The position numbers and the translations under genes are program-made. The notes below the pieces were generated by a model. That model made no database searches. It saw only the letters and a list, made by a program, of their open reading frames with translations, and was not told the origin of the DNA. Shown one piece after another: positions 47,120 through 57,508 of a stretch of 64,000 nucleotides of DNA. Origin of the DNA: Clostridia bacterium (lineage in GTDB: Bacteria; Bacillota; Clostridia; Lutisporales; Lutisporaceae); contig JAQSYD010000024.1 in assembly GCA_029256325.1 (NCBI GenBank), positions 3,169 to 67,168 on the forward strand, written 5' to 3'. Position 1 is the stretch's first letter, and each line of letters begins with the position of its first letter.

Positions 47120-48952
47120 ATGAAAAAGATTCTTGCAATGACCGTTGCTGCTACACTAGTTATGTCATCATCTGTGTATGCTGCTGATGCGGTAATCGTA
47201 GGTTCAAAAGGAGTAGATGTAGTGGCTGCTGCTACCGGCACAACTCCTACACCGGCACCGACGCCGAAGCCAGCACCAAAGCCAGCACCAAAGCCAGCAC
47301 CAAAGCCAGCACCAAAACCAACTCCAAAGCCGGCAACGCCAGCACCAAAACCAGCAACACCAGCTCCAACACCTGTTGATACAGCAACAAAGCTGACCAG
47401 ATTAATTAAATTTGGATCAAAGGGTGCTGATGTTAAGCTAATTCAAACTTTGCTTAACAATAATGGATATACACTTAAAACCGATGGTATATTCGGTAAG
47501 CTGACGCTTAAAGCAGTTAAGAGCTATCAAGGCAAAAATGGCCTTAAGGCCGATGGAATAGTTGGCAAGCTAACTTTTGGAAAATTAAATCCAGTAGTTG
47601 CTGTACCAGCTCCAACTACACCTGTTGATGCTGTATCAACTGCTTCTATTGTAAATGAAGCAGCTGCTTTTGAAAAAGCAATTGCCAAGGATGGTACTTG
47701 GATTATTGCTACTCTTAAAGATTTAACCTTCGATAAAGACCTTGTTTTAACAGGCAATTTAAAGAATGGCAAAAAAGACAAAGTGACTGGTTTAGATTCA
47801 GTGCAACGTAAAATTGCTCTTTACACACAAGACGAAAATAAGAAAGTAACTGCTAGATTTACATTAACAGCACCTAAGCTTACAATCCTAAGTCCTAATG
47901 CTAGAATACAAAGCGGTACCTTTAAGGGTGACCTATATGTTTCAGTATCAGGATTCAAATTGGTAGACGCAGTAGTTGATGGAAATGTATACTTCACAAC
48001 GAAAGATGCTCAAGCAACCTTTGATATGGATGCGAAAAGCAAGGTTACAGGAAAACAAGAATTAGTAGCAGTTGATGCTGTAGCAACAGCTTCCATCGTA
48101 GATAACGCAGCTGCTTTTGAAAAGGCAATTGCCAAGGATGGTACTTGGATTATTTCTACTCTTAAAGATTTAGCTGTTGACAAAGAGCTTGTTATAGAAG
48201 GCGATTTCAGAGATAAAAACGACCCAGCAAAAGATTTTAAGCGCAAAATAGCACTTTATACACAAGATGCTAAAAAAGCTACAACTGGTAGATTTACATT
48301 AGCAGCGCCAAAATTAACTGTAAAAAGCCCAAATGCTACAATTCAAAAAGGAACCTTCAAGGGTGATATTTATGTTTCAGCTCCTGGCTTCAATTTAGTT
48401 GATGCAGTAGTTGATGGAAATATATACTTTACAACGCAAGCAGCGAAAGATACTTTCAAAACAGATGCAACTAGTATAATAACTGGAAAGCAAATACTAG
48501 CAGACGTTGATGCTGTGGCATCAGCTTCCATAGTAAATGATGCTGCTGCTTTTGAAAAAGCAATTAGCAAGGATGGTACTTGGATCATTGCAACTTTAAG
48601 AGATTTAGTAATTGATAAAGCGCTTGTAGTAGAAGGTACATTCTATGATAAGAATGATACAACAAAAGCTTTAAAGCGTAAGATTGGTCTTTATACACAC
48701 AACGATCCAGCTGATAAGAAGTTTGCTACTCACAGCTTTACTCTAACAGCTCCATCCATAACAATAAAGAGCCCAAGCACAACTCTTCAATATGGATTCT
48801 TCAATGGAGATATCTATGTTGAGACTGCTAACTTCAACCTAACCAATATAAAGGTTACCGGAAATGTGTACTTCACTACTCAAGAAGCTAAGGATACATT
48901 TACAATGGTTAACAGTATAGTTACAGGAAAGCAAGAATTAAAGACAAACTAA
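47120..48952 (+). CDS. Secreted cell-wall-associated protein: signal peptide, Pro-rich linker, PG_binding_1-like domain, three copies of an unrecognised ~145-149-aa repeat
   Basis: Signal peptide MKKILAMTVAATLVMSSSVYA/AD, a (PKPA)n linker, a peptidoglycan-binding-like segment (GSKGADVKLIQTLLNNNGY...DGIFG...) and repeats starting at 47624, 48071 and 48506. Confidence 0.85.
   Translation: MKKILAMTVAATLVMSSSVYAADAVIVGSKGVDVVAAATGTTPTPAPTPKPAPKPAPKPAPKPAPKPTPKPATPAPKPATPAPTPVDTATKLTRLIKFGSKGADVKLIQTLLNNNGYTLKTDGIFGKLTLKAVKSYQGKNGLKADGIVGKLTFGKLNPVVAVPAPTTPVDAVSTASIVNEAAAFEKAIAKDGTWIIATLKDLTFDKDLVLTGNLKNGKKDKVTGLDSVQRKIALYTQDENKKVTARFTLTAPKLTILSPNARIQSGTFKGDLYVSVSGFKLVDAVVDGNVYFTTKDAQATFDMDAKSKVTGKQELVAVDAVATASIVDNAAAFEKAIAKDGTWIISTLKDLAVDKELVIEGDFRDKNDPAKDFKRKIALYTQDAKKATTGRFTLAAPKLTVKSPNATIQKGTFKGDIYVSAPGFNLVDAVVDGNIYFTTQAAKDTFKTDATSIITGKQILADVDAVASASIVNDAAAFEKAISKDGTWIIATLRDLVIDKALVVEGTFYDKNDTTKALKRKIGLYTHNDPADKKFATHSFTLTAPSITIKSPSTTLQYGFFNGDIYVETANFNLTNIKVTGNVYFTTQEAKDTFTMVNSIVTGKQELKTN
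47265..47330 (+). repeat. 12-bp coding tandem repeat (PKPA units) in the linker
   Basis: ccaaagccagca is reiterated about 4-5 times in frame. Confidence 0.8.
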
Positions 48953-48961
48953 TAATGTCAG

Positions 48962-48996
48962 AAAAGCCAGGAATTTATTTCCCGGCTTTTTTTTTG
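48962..48996 (+). terminator. Rho-independent terminator of repeat-protein gene 1
   Basis: Stem aaagccagga / tcccggcttt with one mismatch, followed by a T9 run. Confidence 0.75.
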
Positions 48997-49116
48997 CTCA
49001 ATTTATGCTTATAAATTTTACATATTCTATAATCTGAGCTTATTCGACATATTTTTTATATATTAAACTAGTATTTAAGAAGGAAATTTCAGTTTAATGT
49101 CGAATATATATCAAGC

Positions 49117-49250
49117 TTAGTCATTTTATAGCAAGCTTAGATAAATTTGTATCTTGTTTAGTCAATTTTATCACAAAGTGTTACCATTTTTAATATTGGA
49201 GTACTTTTGATGATTTGTGTACTAATTAGTCAAATTTATAACAAGCTAAG
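49117..49250 (+). promoter_or_regulatory. Three direct repeats upstream of repeat-protein gene 2 (paralogous to 46971..47095)
   Basis: Copies start at 49117, 49158 and 49226. The whole ~250-bp upstream region is duplicated from gene 1. Confidence 0.5.
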
Positions 49251-49274
49251 TTAAAATTATAAGGGGGAAACGAA

Positions 49275-51249
49275 ATGAGAAAGCTTTTAGCAATGACACT
49301 TGCTGCTTCATTAGTTTTATCATCAGCTGTATATGCTGCTGATACTATGACAGTAGGTTCAACTGGAGTAGACGTAGTAGCAGCAGCTACTGGTACAACT
49401 CCAACACCAGCACCGGCTCCGAAGCCGACACCAGCTCCAAAACCAACACCAGCGCCGGCTCCAAAGCCAACGCCTGCACCAACTCCAAAGCCAACACCAG
49501 CTCCAGCACCAACTCCTGCTCCAAAGCCAGTAGTAGATGCTGTAACAACAGCTTCATTAGTAAATAATATTGCGGCTTTTGAAAAAGCAATCAGCAAAGA
49601 CGGTACTTGGATCATTACAACACTTAATGATCTGACTACAACCAAAGAACTTGTTTTAGATGGCGAGTTCCATGACAAGAATGATACAGCAAAACCTCTT
49701 AAGCGTAAAATTGGTCTTTACACTCAAGACGAAAATAAGAAAGTTACTGCAAGATTCTCTTTGACAGCTCCAAAGCTGACTATAAAGAGCCCTAACGCTT
49801 TACTACAAAGCAGTACTTTCAATGGCGACATATACGTTAGAGCTGCTAACTTCCAATTAAAAGATACAGTAGTTAACGGAAACGTATACTTCGTTACACA
49901 AGAAGCGAAAGATACTTTCATCATAGATGCTAAGAGCAAAGTAAACGGTCAGCAAATACTTGCTGATGTAGACGTTGTTGCTACAGCTTCATTAGTACAT
50001 GATGCAGATGCTTTTGCAAAAGCACTTAGTGCAGATGGCACTTGGATCATCTGCCCACTAAGAGACTTAACTACTGACAAGAATCTTGTAGTAGAAGGTA
50101 CATTCTATGATAAGAATGATACAACAAAAGCTTTAAAGCGTAAGATTGGTCTTTATACACACAACGATCCAGCAGACAAGAAGAAAGCTACTCATAGCTT
50201 CACTTTAACTGCTCCATCATTGACAATAAAGTGACATATATGTTCGTGCTGATAACTTCAACTTAACAAATACTAAAGTTGTTGGAGATATCTATTTCGT
50301 TACTCAATCCGCGAAGGATACTTTCACAAATACAAACAGTACAGTAGAAGGCAAGCTAATACTTGCAGATGTAGACGTTGTTGCTACAGCTTCATTAGTA
50401 CATGATGCAGATGCTTTTGCTAGCGCAATCGGCAAGAGCGGTACTTGGATAATTGCACCACTAAGAGACTTAACTACTGATAAGGCGCTTGTAGTAAACG
50501 GTACATTCCATGATAAGAATGACCCAGCAAAAGCTTTAAAGCGTAAGATTGGTCTTTATACACACAACAACCCAGCTGATAAGAAGATTGCTACTCATAG
50601 CTTTACTTTAACAGCTCCATCCATAACAATAAAGAGCCCAAGCACAACTCTTCAATATGGATTCTTCAATGGAGATATCTATGTTGAGGCTGCTAACTTT
50701 AACCTAACTAATATAAAGGTTACTGGAAATGTATACTTCACTACTCAAATAGCTAAGGATACATTCACAATGGTTAACAGCACAGTTACAGGCGAAAAAG
50801 TTCTTATGCAACCTGACGTTGTAACATCAGCTTCTTTAGTTGATAATGCAGCTGCATTTGAAAATGGAATCAGCAAAAACGGTGGTTGGATTACTTCAGT
50901 AGTTAGAGACTTGGTAATCAATAACGAGCTTGTTCTAGACGGCGAATTTACAAATAAAGAAAAGCCAGCTCGTAAAATAGCTCTTTACAGCCAAGATGAA
51001 AAGCGTAATGTAACTCGCAGATTCACTTTAACAGCACCAAAGCTTACTGTAAATAGCCCAATGGCTAGAATTCAAGGCGGTATCTTTAAAGGTAATGTTT
51101 ACGTTTCATCAGCTAACTTCCAGTTAGTAAATGCTACAATTGACGGAAACTTAATATTCCTTAACGAAGAAGCTAAGAATACTTTCAGCATGGATGCTAA
51201 CAGCTCAGTAACAGGAGCAATGAATTATTTCAAGCCTAAGGCTGAATAA
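49275..51249 (+). pseudogene. Paralogous secreted repeat protein (signal peptide, Pro-rich linker, four repeat modules) interrupted by a frameshifting deletion in module 2
   Basis: Frame 0 stops at 50234. Translation continues without a start codon in the next frame from ~50233 to 51249. Module 2 is 403 bp against 438-447 bp for the others, and alignment to module 3 shows 38 nt missing after ...ACAATAAAG. Confidence 0.7.
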
Positions 51250-51265
51250 TCATACATAAATAAAT

Positions 51266-51305
51266 AAGACTGCTGACACTGTAAAGTGTCAACAGTCTTT
51301 TATTT
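51266..51305. terminator. Bidirectional terminator between the repeat-protein locus and rnz
   Basis: A 15-bp stem aagactgctgacact / agtgtcaacagtctt with one mismatch, followed by TTTTATTTT. Confidence 0.7.
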
Positions 51306-52243
51306 TACTCAAAATTTAAGCTCTTAACCATTCGATCCCGCCCTATAGCTGTGTTTTCAAATACAGTCTTTGCATTGTCTAAATACATTTCAGGCTCTTG
51401 CATGACAGGACTAAAATGAGTCAGCAGTAATTCCTTTACAGCGCCTGCTCTTGCTAATTCTGCAGCCTCTCTAAACGTCATATGCTTGTTTTTTACTGCC
51501 TTAACCAAGTCCTCATCATCTCCATAGGTACCCTCACAAATAAATAAATCGCTTCTCTTAATAAACTCAGGGATCGCATCAATCGGTCTTGAATCTGTTA
51601 CAAGACTTACCTTTATACCTTGTCGTTCGTCTCCCAACACCATGTCAGACGTGTAGAGAATTCCTTCATGCTCAGTTGTACCAGTCTTTTGCAGCTTATT
51701 CCAGATAACCTTGGGTACATCATTTCGCAATGCTTTTTCAGGATCGAATTTTGCTTTTCTACTTGCATAAAAGCTGTAGCTTAGGCAAGGAGCTGAATGC
51801 TCTGCCTTTAATGTGCTAATTTCTATTTCAGCAGCTTTGTCCCTAGGAATTAACTGTTCCTTTTCTAAACCCATACTTATTGTTTCCGATGGATTTTCTA
51901 TTATATTAATTTCATACGGCAGATAAGGGGCTATAACCCGCAGTCCTTTTATGATCTCCTCGATTCCTTCAGGACCAATTATTATAAGAGGCTCTATCCT
52001 GCCGCTGTTGCCTATGGTAGACAATAGTCCGGGCAAGCCTACAATATGATCTCCATGCCCATGTGTAATGCAAATAATGTCTATCGTCTTAAAGCCCCAG
52101 CCAAGAAGCCGCATGGAAACCTGAGTACCCTCTCCGCAGTCCACCAGTATCTTTCTCCCTCTATAGCTTAAGAGCATTGAAGATAAGTATCTTTCCGGCA
52201 TAGGCATACCCCCGCCGCAGCCAAGCAAAGCGACATCCAGCAT
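51305..52243 (-). CDS. rnz: Ribonuclease Z (metallo-beta-lactamase fold)
   Basis: 312 aa with LGCGGGMP and HGHGDH motifs and typical short-form RNase Z length. Confidence 0.85.
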   Translation of the reverse strand: MLDVALLGCGGGMPMPERYLSSMLLSYRGRKILVDCGEGTQVSMRLLGWGFKTIDIICITHGHGDHIVGLPGLLSTIGNSGRIEPLIIIGPEGIEEIIKGLRVIAPYLPYEINIIENPSETISMGLEKEQLIPRDKAAEIEISTLKAEHSAPCLSYSFYASRKAKFDPEKALRNDVPKVIWNKLQKTGTTEHEGILYTSDMVLGDERQGIKVSLVTDSRPIDAIPEFIKRSDLFICEGTYGDDEDLVKAVKNKHMTFREAAELARAGAVKELLLTHFSPVMQEPEMYLDNAKTVFENTAIGRDRMVKSLNFE

Positions 52244-52258
52244 AGTTTCACCCCATTG

Positions 52259-53320
52259 TTAAATGCGTTTAAGTATTTCACTGATATACTCTTTTAAGGA
52301 ATAGATGATACGCTCTTTTCTACCTTTAGTAGTATCTGCGCAAATCATGGAGTTTAATACAGCTTCTTCAGTAGCTTCTATTGCCCCGATGAAAATTTCA
52401 TCTATTTTATTCTCTTGAAGAACTCTAAACTCAACAAAGCTGTCCTCTTCATAGTGATTAAGCTTATTTGCTGTAGAAAACCCAATTACTACATCTCCGC
52501 TGCCATTGCCAAAGTGTGTTCCTGTTCTGCTCAGACCTGCAGCCGTTCTTTTGCATACTCTTTTCAGCTGTCTGTGCGTCATCGGAATATCCGTTGCCAT
52601 AATTACAATGACGGATCCTTTATCATTGCCTGATTCTTTATTTTTCTCTATATCTCCGATGATTTCTCCTGCTTTTATACCATCAATTATTAAATCAGCT
52701 TTGCTTCCAAAGTTGGACAATACCATGATTCCAATTACAAAATCTTTATCATCCAGTCTTACGCGCCTAGATGCAGTGCCGATGCCGCCTTTTAAACCAT
52801 AGCAAATCATACCACTTCCCGCTCCAGCTGCACCCTCTTCAAACTCTACAGCGGCATGTTCCAGGGCATGAAAAATATGTGCCCTTTTAATATGCAAGCC
52901 TCTTATGTCATTTAAGTACCCATCATTACACTCACATATGATGGGATTGACTGTACCTGTTGTATCTCCTATATCCTCATTACCCGACAGCATATATTCA
53001 ACCAAAGCTTGATGTGCCGTACCTACACTAAGTGTGTTTGTTAGGATAATTGGAGTTTCAATCGTCCCCAGTTCCTCCAGTTGAATTGTGCCCATTGTCT
53101 TGCCAAAACCGTTAATCACATAGCTGGCTGCAACGACCTTCTCCCTAAAAGTATTTCCCCCATGGGGTATCACTGCAGTAACGCCGGTATTTATATTGCC
53201 GTTTATCAGTGAAAAATGCCCCACGCTCACACCTTCAACATCCGTGATGGAATTTCTTTCTCCCGGAGACATTTTTCCTATGATAATTCCATAGTCTCTT
53301 ATCCTTTTTTGATTTTTCAT
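52259..53320 (-). CDS. Peptidase family S58/P1 (DmpA/BapA-like aminopeptidase)
   Basis: 353 aa with N-terminal ITDVEGVSVGH and a central GGIGTAS region typical of DmpA-family Ntn hydrolases. Confidence 0.8.
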   Translation of the reverse strand: MKNQKRIRDYGIIIGKMSPGERNSITDVEGVSVGHFSLINGNINTGVTAVIPHGGNTFREKVVAASYVINGFGKTMGTIQLEELGTIETPIILTNTLSVGTAHQALVEYMLSGNEDIGDTTGTVNPIICECNDGYLNDIRGLHIKRAHIFHALEHAAVEFEEGAAGAGSGMICYGLKGGIGTASRRVRLDDKDFVIGIMVLSNFGSKADLIIDGIKAGEIIGDIEKNKESGNDKGSVIVIMATDIPMTHRQLKRVCKRTAAGLSRTGTHFGNGSGDVVIGFSTANKLNHYEEDSFVEFRVLQENKIDEIFIGAIEATEEAVLNSMICADTTKGRKERIIYSLKEYISEILKRI

Positions 53321-53401
53321 TTGCTTACCCCCAATAGTCTATATACAAGCTTGTATTTATTAATCAAACTTTAATAAAATATTCCTCAAAAATTTATTGC
53401 A

Positions 53402-54673
53402 TTACGCATCCAACGAGGAACTCTGATTCACCTTTGTTGTTACGGGGACTCTTGCAAGGAATATCCCCCCTATAATGAATAATAATATTATGCTGAAAAC
53501 GCCATTGTTGGTGCGTCCGGTCAGCTGTGTTACAAAGCCTACCAGCAAAGGTCCCATGATAGCTGCAAATTTTCCAAATATATTATAGAATCCAAAAAAT
53601 TCATTTGACTTTTCCTTAGGCACCAGCTTTCCAAAGTAAGAACGGCTCAAAGCCTGTATCCCTCCCTGAGAAGTTCCAACCAGCATTGCCAAGATCCAGA
53701 AGTCCAAGACACTGTCTAAAAAATATGCATATATACAAATAATTGTATATATTATGATACCGACATAAAGCAATGTTTTTCCTTGGAACTTCTCAGAAAG
53801 CTTACCGTATAAAAGTGCAAAGGGAAAAGCTACAAATTGTGTAGCAAGCAATATTACAAGCAGATTTGTGGTACTTATTCCTAAGTCGGCACCATAGGAA
53901 GTCGCCATTTTTATTATGGTATCTACCCCATCTATGTAGAAAAAATACGCAATTAAAAACATAAATACAGTCTTATGCGCTCTTATATTCTTAAAGGTGC
54001 TTGCCAGCCTTTTAAAACTATTCAGTATGGGTTTTGGCTCCACATTTATTCCATAAACCTGATGTACGTTCTTAAGCATGGGTAAAGAGAAAGCGCCCCA
54101 CCAGATTGCTGTAATAACAAAAGCAATTTTGCATGCAGCTTCAATCGTGAGTGGTATCACTTCAAACTGAGCCATTATAACCAAAGCCATACAAATGATA
54201 AAGGGAATTGTACTCCCGATATATCCCATGGCATAGCCCATTGTAGAAACCCTGTCCATACGCTCTTCCTTTGTTGCATCTATCAAAAAAGAATCATAAA
54301 ATATATTGCTTCCCGAGAATCCCATTACAGTTATAACATAGAATACAAGAAGCATCAGCCAATATGTACTGGGTACTATTGCAAGCAGGGCAGTAAACAT
54401 AACCCCCAAGCATACGAAAACAGTAAAGAATTTCTTTTTGAAGCCTCTATAATCTGCAATAGTACCTAATATAGGCGCCAAGAGAGCAACAAATAATGTT
54501 GCTATTGCATTTGTATAACCCCAATAAGCCGTCGACATTGTTGCAGCACCTCCACCATTTTCATAAACCATTTTGAAATACAGCGGCAATATTGTAGAGG
54601 TTACTGTCATTGAATATGCAGAATTAGCCCAGTCATAAAGCGCCCAGCTCTTTTCCATTTTATCCAGTCTCAT
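53402..54673 (-). CDS. MFS transporter, UMF1/Atg22-like family
   Basis: 423 aa with the N-terminal WALYDWANSAY signature and 12 predicted TM helices. Confidence 0.8.
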   Translation of the reverse strand: MRLDKMEKSWALYDWANSAYSMTVTSTILPLYFKMVYENGGGAATMSTAYWGYTNAIATLFVALLAPILGTIADYRGFKKKFFTVFVCLGVMFTALLAIVPSTYWLMLLVFYVITVMGFSGSNIFYDSFLIDATKEERMDRVSTMGYAMGYIGSTIPFIICMALVIMAQFEVIPLTIEAACKIAFVITAIWWGAFSLPMLKNVHQVYGINVEPKPILNSFKRLASTFKNIRAHKTVFMFLIAYFFYIDGVDTIIKMATSYGADLGISTTNLLVILLATQFVAFPFALLYGKLSEKFQGKTLLYVGIIIYTIICIYAYFLDSVLDFWILAMLVGTSQGGIQALSRSYFGKLVPKEKSNEFFGFYNIFGKFAAIMGPLLVGFVTQLTGRTNNGVFSIILLFIIGGIFLARVPVTTKVNQSSSLDA

Positions 54674-54764
54674 AATCTCACCCTTCCTCTTTGTATTCTA
54701 TTTTTATTTTATCATGAAAAGGTTGGTAAGATGTAAATAATTGGATCAGTCACATATCTCTAGA

Positions 54765-54801
54765 CGAAAAAAGAAGCATGACAGCCTATTGTCATACTTC
54801 T
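54765..54801 (-). terminator. Rho-independent terminator downstream of cphA
   Basis: A 12-bp stem agaagcatgaca / tgtcatacttct with one G-U pair, followed on the minus strand by UUUUUUCG. Confidence 0.7.
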
Positions 54802-54840
54802 AGTAGTATTATTTTTATTTTTCACTTCGCGTAAGGCGAA

Positions 54841-57498
54841 CTATGCATTCTGCAGAACCGCTGTGTTTTGTGACTGTGCCAACAACTCATTCACGTGATT
54901 TATGGTGTTGATAACTCCATTATAATCCTCATAGAATATGATGATGATATCCTCAGGCTGCGCCATCAGCATAGCCTTCTTCAATGCTTCTTCCTCGCTT
55001 AATTCTACAACTACATTATTGCGGTCAATGCCTCCTATGACGCAGCCATTTAGCAGCTGTTTTGCAATAACGCCAGGATCAGTGCCTCTTAAATCCTTAT
55101 CTTCCTTGATAACGATGTGATGGAAGCTCTCTCCACACATCTGTCCAACTCGAACTGTGCTGGTCTCCGTTCTATCCCCCGGAACTCCTATTACACCAAT
55201 CAACCTATTGTGCTTCATATTTTTGAGGCTTGCAATAGCTTCTCTATAACCATCTATATTGTGACCATAATCTATGACTACCTTAAAGCCCTGTACTTCA
55301 TAGATATTAAACCTGCCTGGATTATGCACATAGTCTGATTTAAATTTTTTAAGGGCGTTGACAATATGTTCATACTCAATACCTAAGCCAACTGCGCCTG
55401 CAATAGCAGATAAGCTGTTTTTTATGTTGTAGCTTATAGCTCCGTTTAAGGTGGCCGGTATGTCATGTGTATGCATCAGCTTTATTTCTTCTTTGCCGTC
55501 AAATAGATATATATCTTTTTTTCTAATGTAAACAGCTTTACCTCCACCTGTAATTTGCTTTTGTATAATGATGTTGTCAAAGCTTGTTGAGAAATATATG
55601 ATGTTTTTGCTTAATCGGTCTCCTACCTCTACGCAGTACTTATCATCAGCATTTAGTACTGCATACCCGTCATCCTTAACAGCCTCCACAACAAGTGCCT
55701 TGACATGTGCCATATCATCAAAGGTGTTGATTCCATCCAGACCTAAATGATCCTCCGATATGTTCGTGATAATTCCTACATCAGCCAAATCATAGCCTAG
55801 ACCTCTGCTGACTATTCCGCCCCTTGCGGTTTCCAGTACTGCCGCATCTACACGCTTGTCGGTCAAAATCATTCTGGCACTTTTATAGCCTGTCGTGTCA
55901 CCCTTCATGATGCATTTGTCATTGATATAAACGCCGCCAGTAGATGTCATTCCCACAGTGTGTCCTTTTTCCTGTAGAATCCTGCTCAGCATTCTTGTTG
56001 TTGTTGTTTTTCCATTTGTGCCTGTTACTGATATCAGCGGTATGCTGTGCTTGCTGCCCTCTGGAAAAAGCATATCTACAATGTGTTTTGCTACATTTCT
56101 TTGCTTTCCTATTGCAGGATAATAGTGCATTCTTATACCAGGTGCAGCATTGACTTCTATTACTGCTCCACCATCCTCTCGAATTGGGATGCTGATGTCC
56201 TTGGTAGTGATATCTATTCCTGCTATGTTTAGTCCTACGATATTGGCTGCATGTACTGCTATTTCAGCATTATCGCTGTGTATTTCATCTGTCATGTCTA
56301 TTGCAGTTCCACCGGTGCTTAGATTGTCATTTTCTCTCAGCAGCACTTGCTCTCCTACAGCAGGAACATAGTTAATGTCCATATTGTTTTTCTGTAAAAT
56401 AGCTTGCATAATTGCATCAATTTTTATTTTTGTAAGTGCTTTCTCATGACCTTCTCCACGAAGGGGATTCTGATTTTCGATATCAATCAGCTCTTTGATC
56501 GTGCACTTGCCATCGCCAGTCACAAAAGGTGCAATTCGTTCTGCACATGCTACTACTTCTCCGTTTATAACCAGTACTCTGTAATGCTTGCCTTCTATAA
56601 ACCTTTCTACAATGATTTCCTCTCCAAACTGCTTTGCAATTCCAAAAGCCGCTGCAATTTCATAATCGCTTTTTAGATTTACAGATACACCCTTGCCCTG
56701 ATTGCCGTTATTTGGTTTAACCACTACAGGATAACCCAAAACCTTTGCATAGCTTAATATCTCTTCCAGATTTTCTGATACAAAGCCTTCTGGTATTGGT
56801 ATTCCTGCTGTTTTTAGCAAATCCTTTGTCAATTCCTTATCACAGGATATATCTGCCGCAATACAGCTTGTATTTTCTGTTAAGGTTGCCTGTATCCGCT
56901 TACTGTGACTTCCATAGCCCAGCTGCAGTAAACTGCATTTGCCAAGAACTATTACAGGTATGCCCCGATCTTCTGCCTCCCTCTTTATTGCAGCTGTGCT
57001 GGGTCCCAGATCAAGCTTAGCGGCCTTTAACTTGATTTCTTGTAGTTTATCATTAAAGTTTATTCTTGCACCTTTTTGTATTTCATTTATCAAATACAAG
57101 GCAGCATGAATTACTTCATAGCCCACTGTTTTACTTCTAAACTCATAGATTACCGAATATATGGTCCCTTCGTCTCCTACCTGTCTAGCTTTTCCAAAAA
57201 CTACGTCATAGCCAAGGAGGTTTTGAAGCTCCAAGCACATATGCTCCAGCACATGGGCCAAATAAGTGCCTTCATTAAGTCGTTCAACAAAACCTCCCCG
57301 ATGTCCTCTTACACATTTATGTTCTATTAAGGATGGTATATGTTCTAGAAGTAGTTCATTAAAACCCGGTATATTACAGGTAGGGGTGTCAGCAAGCTCT
57401 TCTAAGTCTATATCTGCTTTTATACAAGGTCTATGAGTATATATATTTCTACCTTCGTATATCCTTAACTCATGAATTCTCAATTTTTTTGCCTCCAT
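54841..57498 (-). CDS. cphA: Cyanophycin synthetase
   Basis: 885 aa with an N-terminal CphA-specific domain (LRIHELRIYEGRNIY...DLEEL), an ATP-grasp middle domain and a Mur-ligase-like C-domain (VTGTNGKTTT). Confidence 0.92.
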   Translation of the reverse strand: MEAKKLRIHELRIYEGRNIYTHRPCIKADIDLEELADTPTCNIPGFNELLLEHIPSLIEHKCVRGHRGGFVERLNEGTYLAHVLEHMCLELQNLLGYDVVFGKARQVGDEGTIYSVIYEFRSKTVGYEVIHAALYLINEIQKGARINFNDKLQEIKLKAAKLDLGPSTAAIKREAEDRGIPVIVLGKCSLLQLGYGSHSKRIQATLTENTSCIAADISCDKELTKDLLKTAGIPIPEGFVSENLEEILSYAKVLGYPVVVKPNNGNQGKGVSVNLKSDYEIAAAFGIAKQFGEEIIVERFIEGKHYRVLVINGEVVACAERIAPFVTGDGKCTIKELIDIENQNPLRGEGHEKALTKIKIDAIMQAILQKNNMDINYVPAVGEQVLLRENDNLSTGGTAIDMTDEIHSDNAEIAVHAANIVGLNIAGIDITTKDISIPIREDGGAVIEVNAAPGIRMHYYPAIGKQRNVAKHIVDMLFPEGSKHSIPLISVTGTNGKTTTTRMLSRILQEKGHTVGMTSTGGVYINDKCIMKGDTTGYKSARMILTDKRVDAAVLETARGGIVSRGLGYDLADVGIITNISEDHLGLDGINTFDDMAHVKALVVEAVKDDGYAVLNADDKYCVEVGDRLSKNIIYFSTSFDNIIIQKQITGGGKAVYIRKKDIYLFDGKEEIKLMHTHDIPATLNGAISYNIKNSLSAIAGAVGLGIEYEHIVNALKKFKSDYVHNPGRFNIYEVQGFKVVIDYGHNIDGYREAIASLKNMKHNRLIGVIGVPGDRTETSTVRVGQMCGESFHHIVIKEDKDLRGTDPGVIAKQLLNGCVIGGIDRNNVVVELSEEEALKKAMLMAQPEDIIIIFYEDYNGVINTINHVNELLAQSQNTAVLQNA

Positions 57499-57508
57499 AA
57501 TATTGGTT

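Noticed and set aside
49226-49678. 150-aa Gly/Ala/Val-rich ORF antisense to the start of repeat-protein gene 2 (also 49387..49590, 47527..47781, 48010..48246, 48370..48588)
   Set aside because: These are mirror images of the Pro/Lys/Ala linker and repeat coding sequence. The sense-strand genes have signal peptides, RBSs and a conserved modular structure.
47624-51246. Regular ~440-bp and 12-bp repeats as a CRISPR-like array
   Set aside because: The repeats are in-frame protein modules and linker codons. They have no short direct repeats alternating with unique spacers, and no cas genes are present.
50770-51249. 159-aa ORF as an independent gene
   Set aside because: The frame is open from ~50233 and encodes contiguous repeat modules continuing gene 2. 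The internal Met is not preceded by an RBS. It is better explained as the 3' part of a frameshifted gene.
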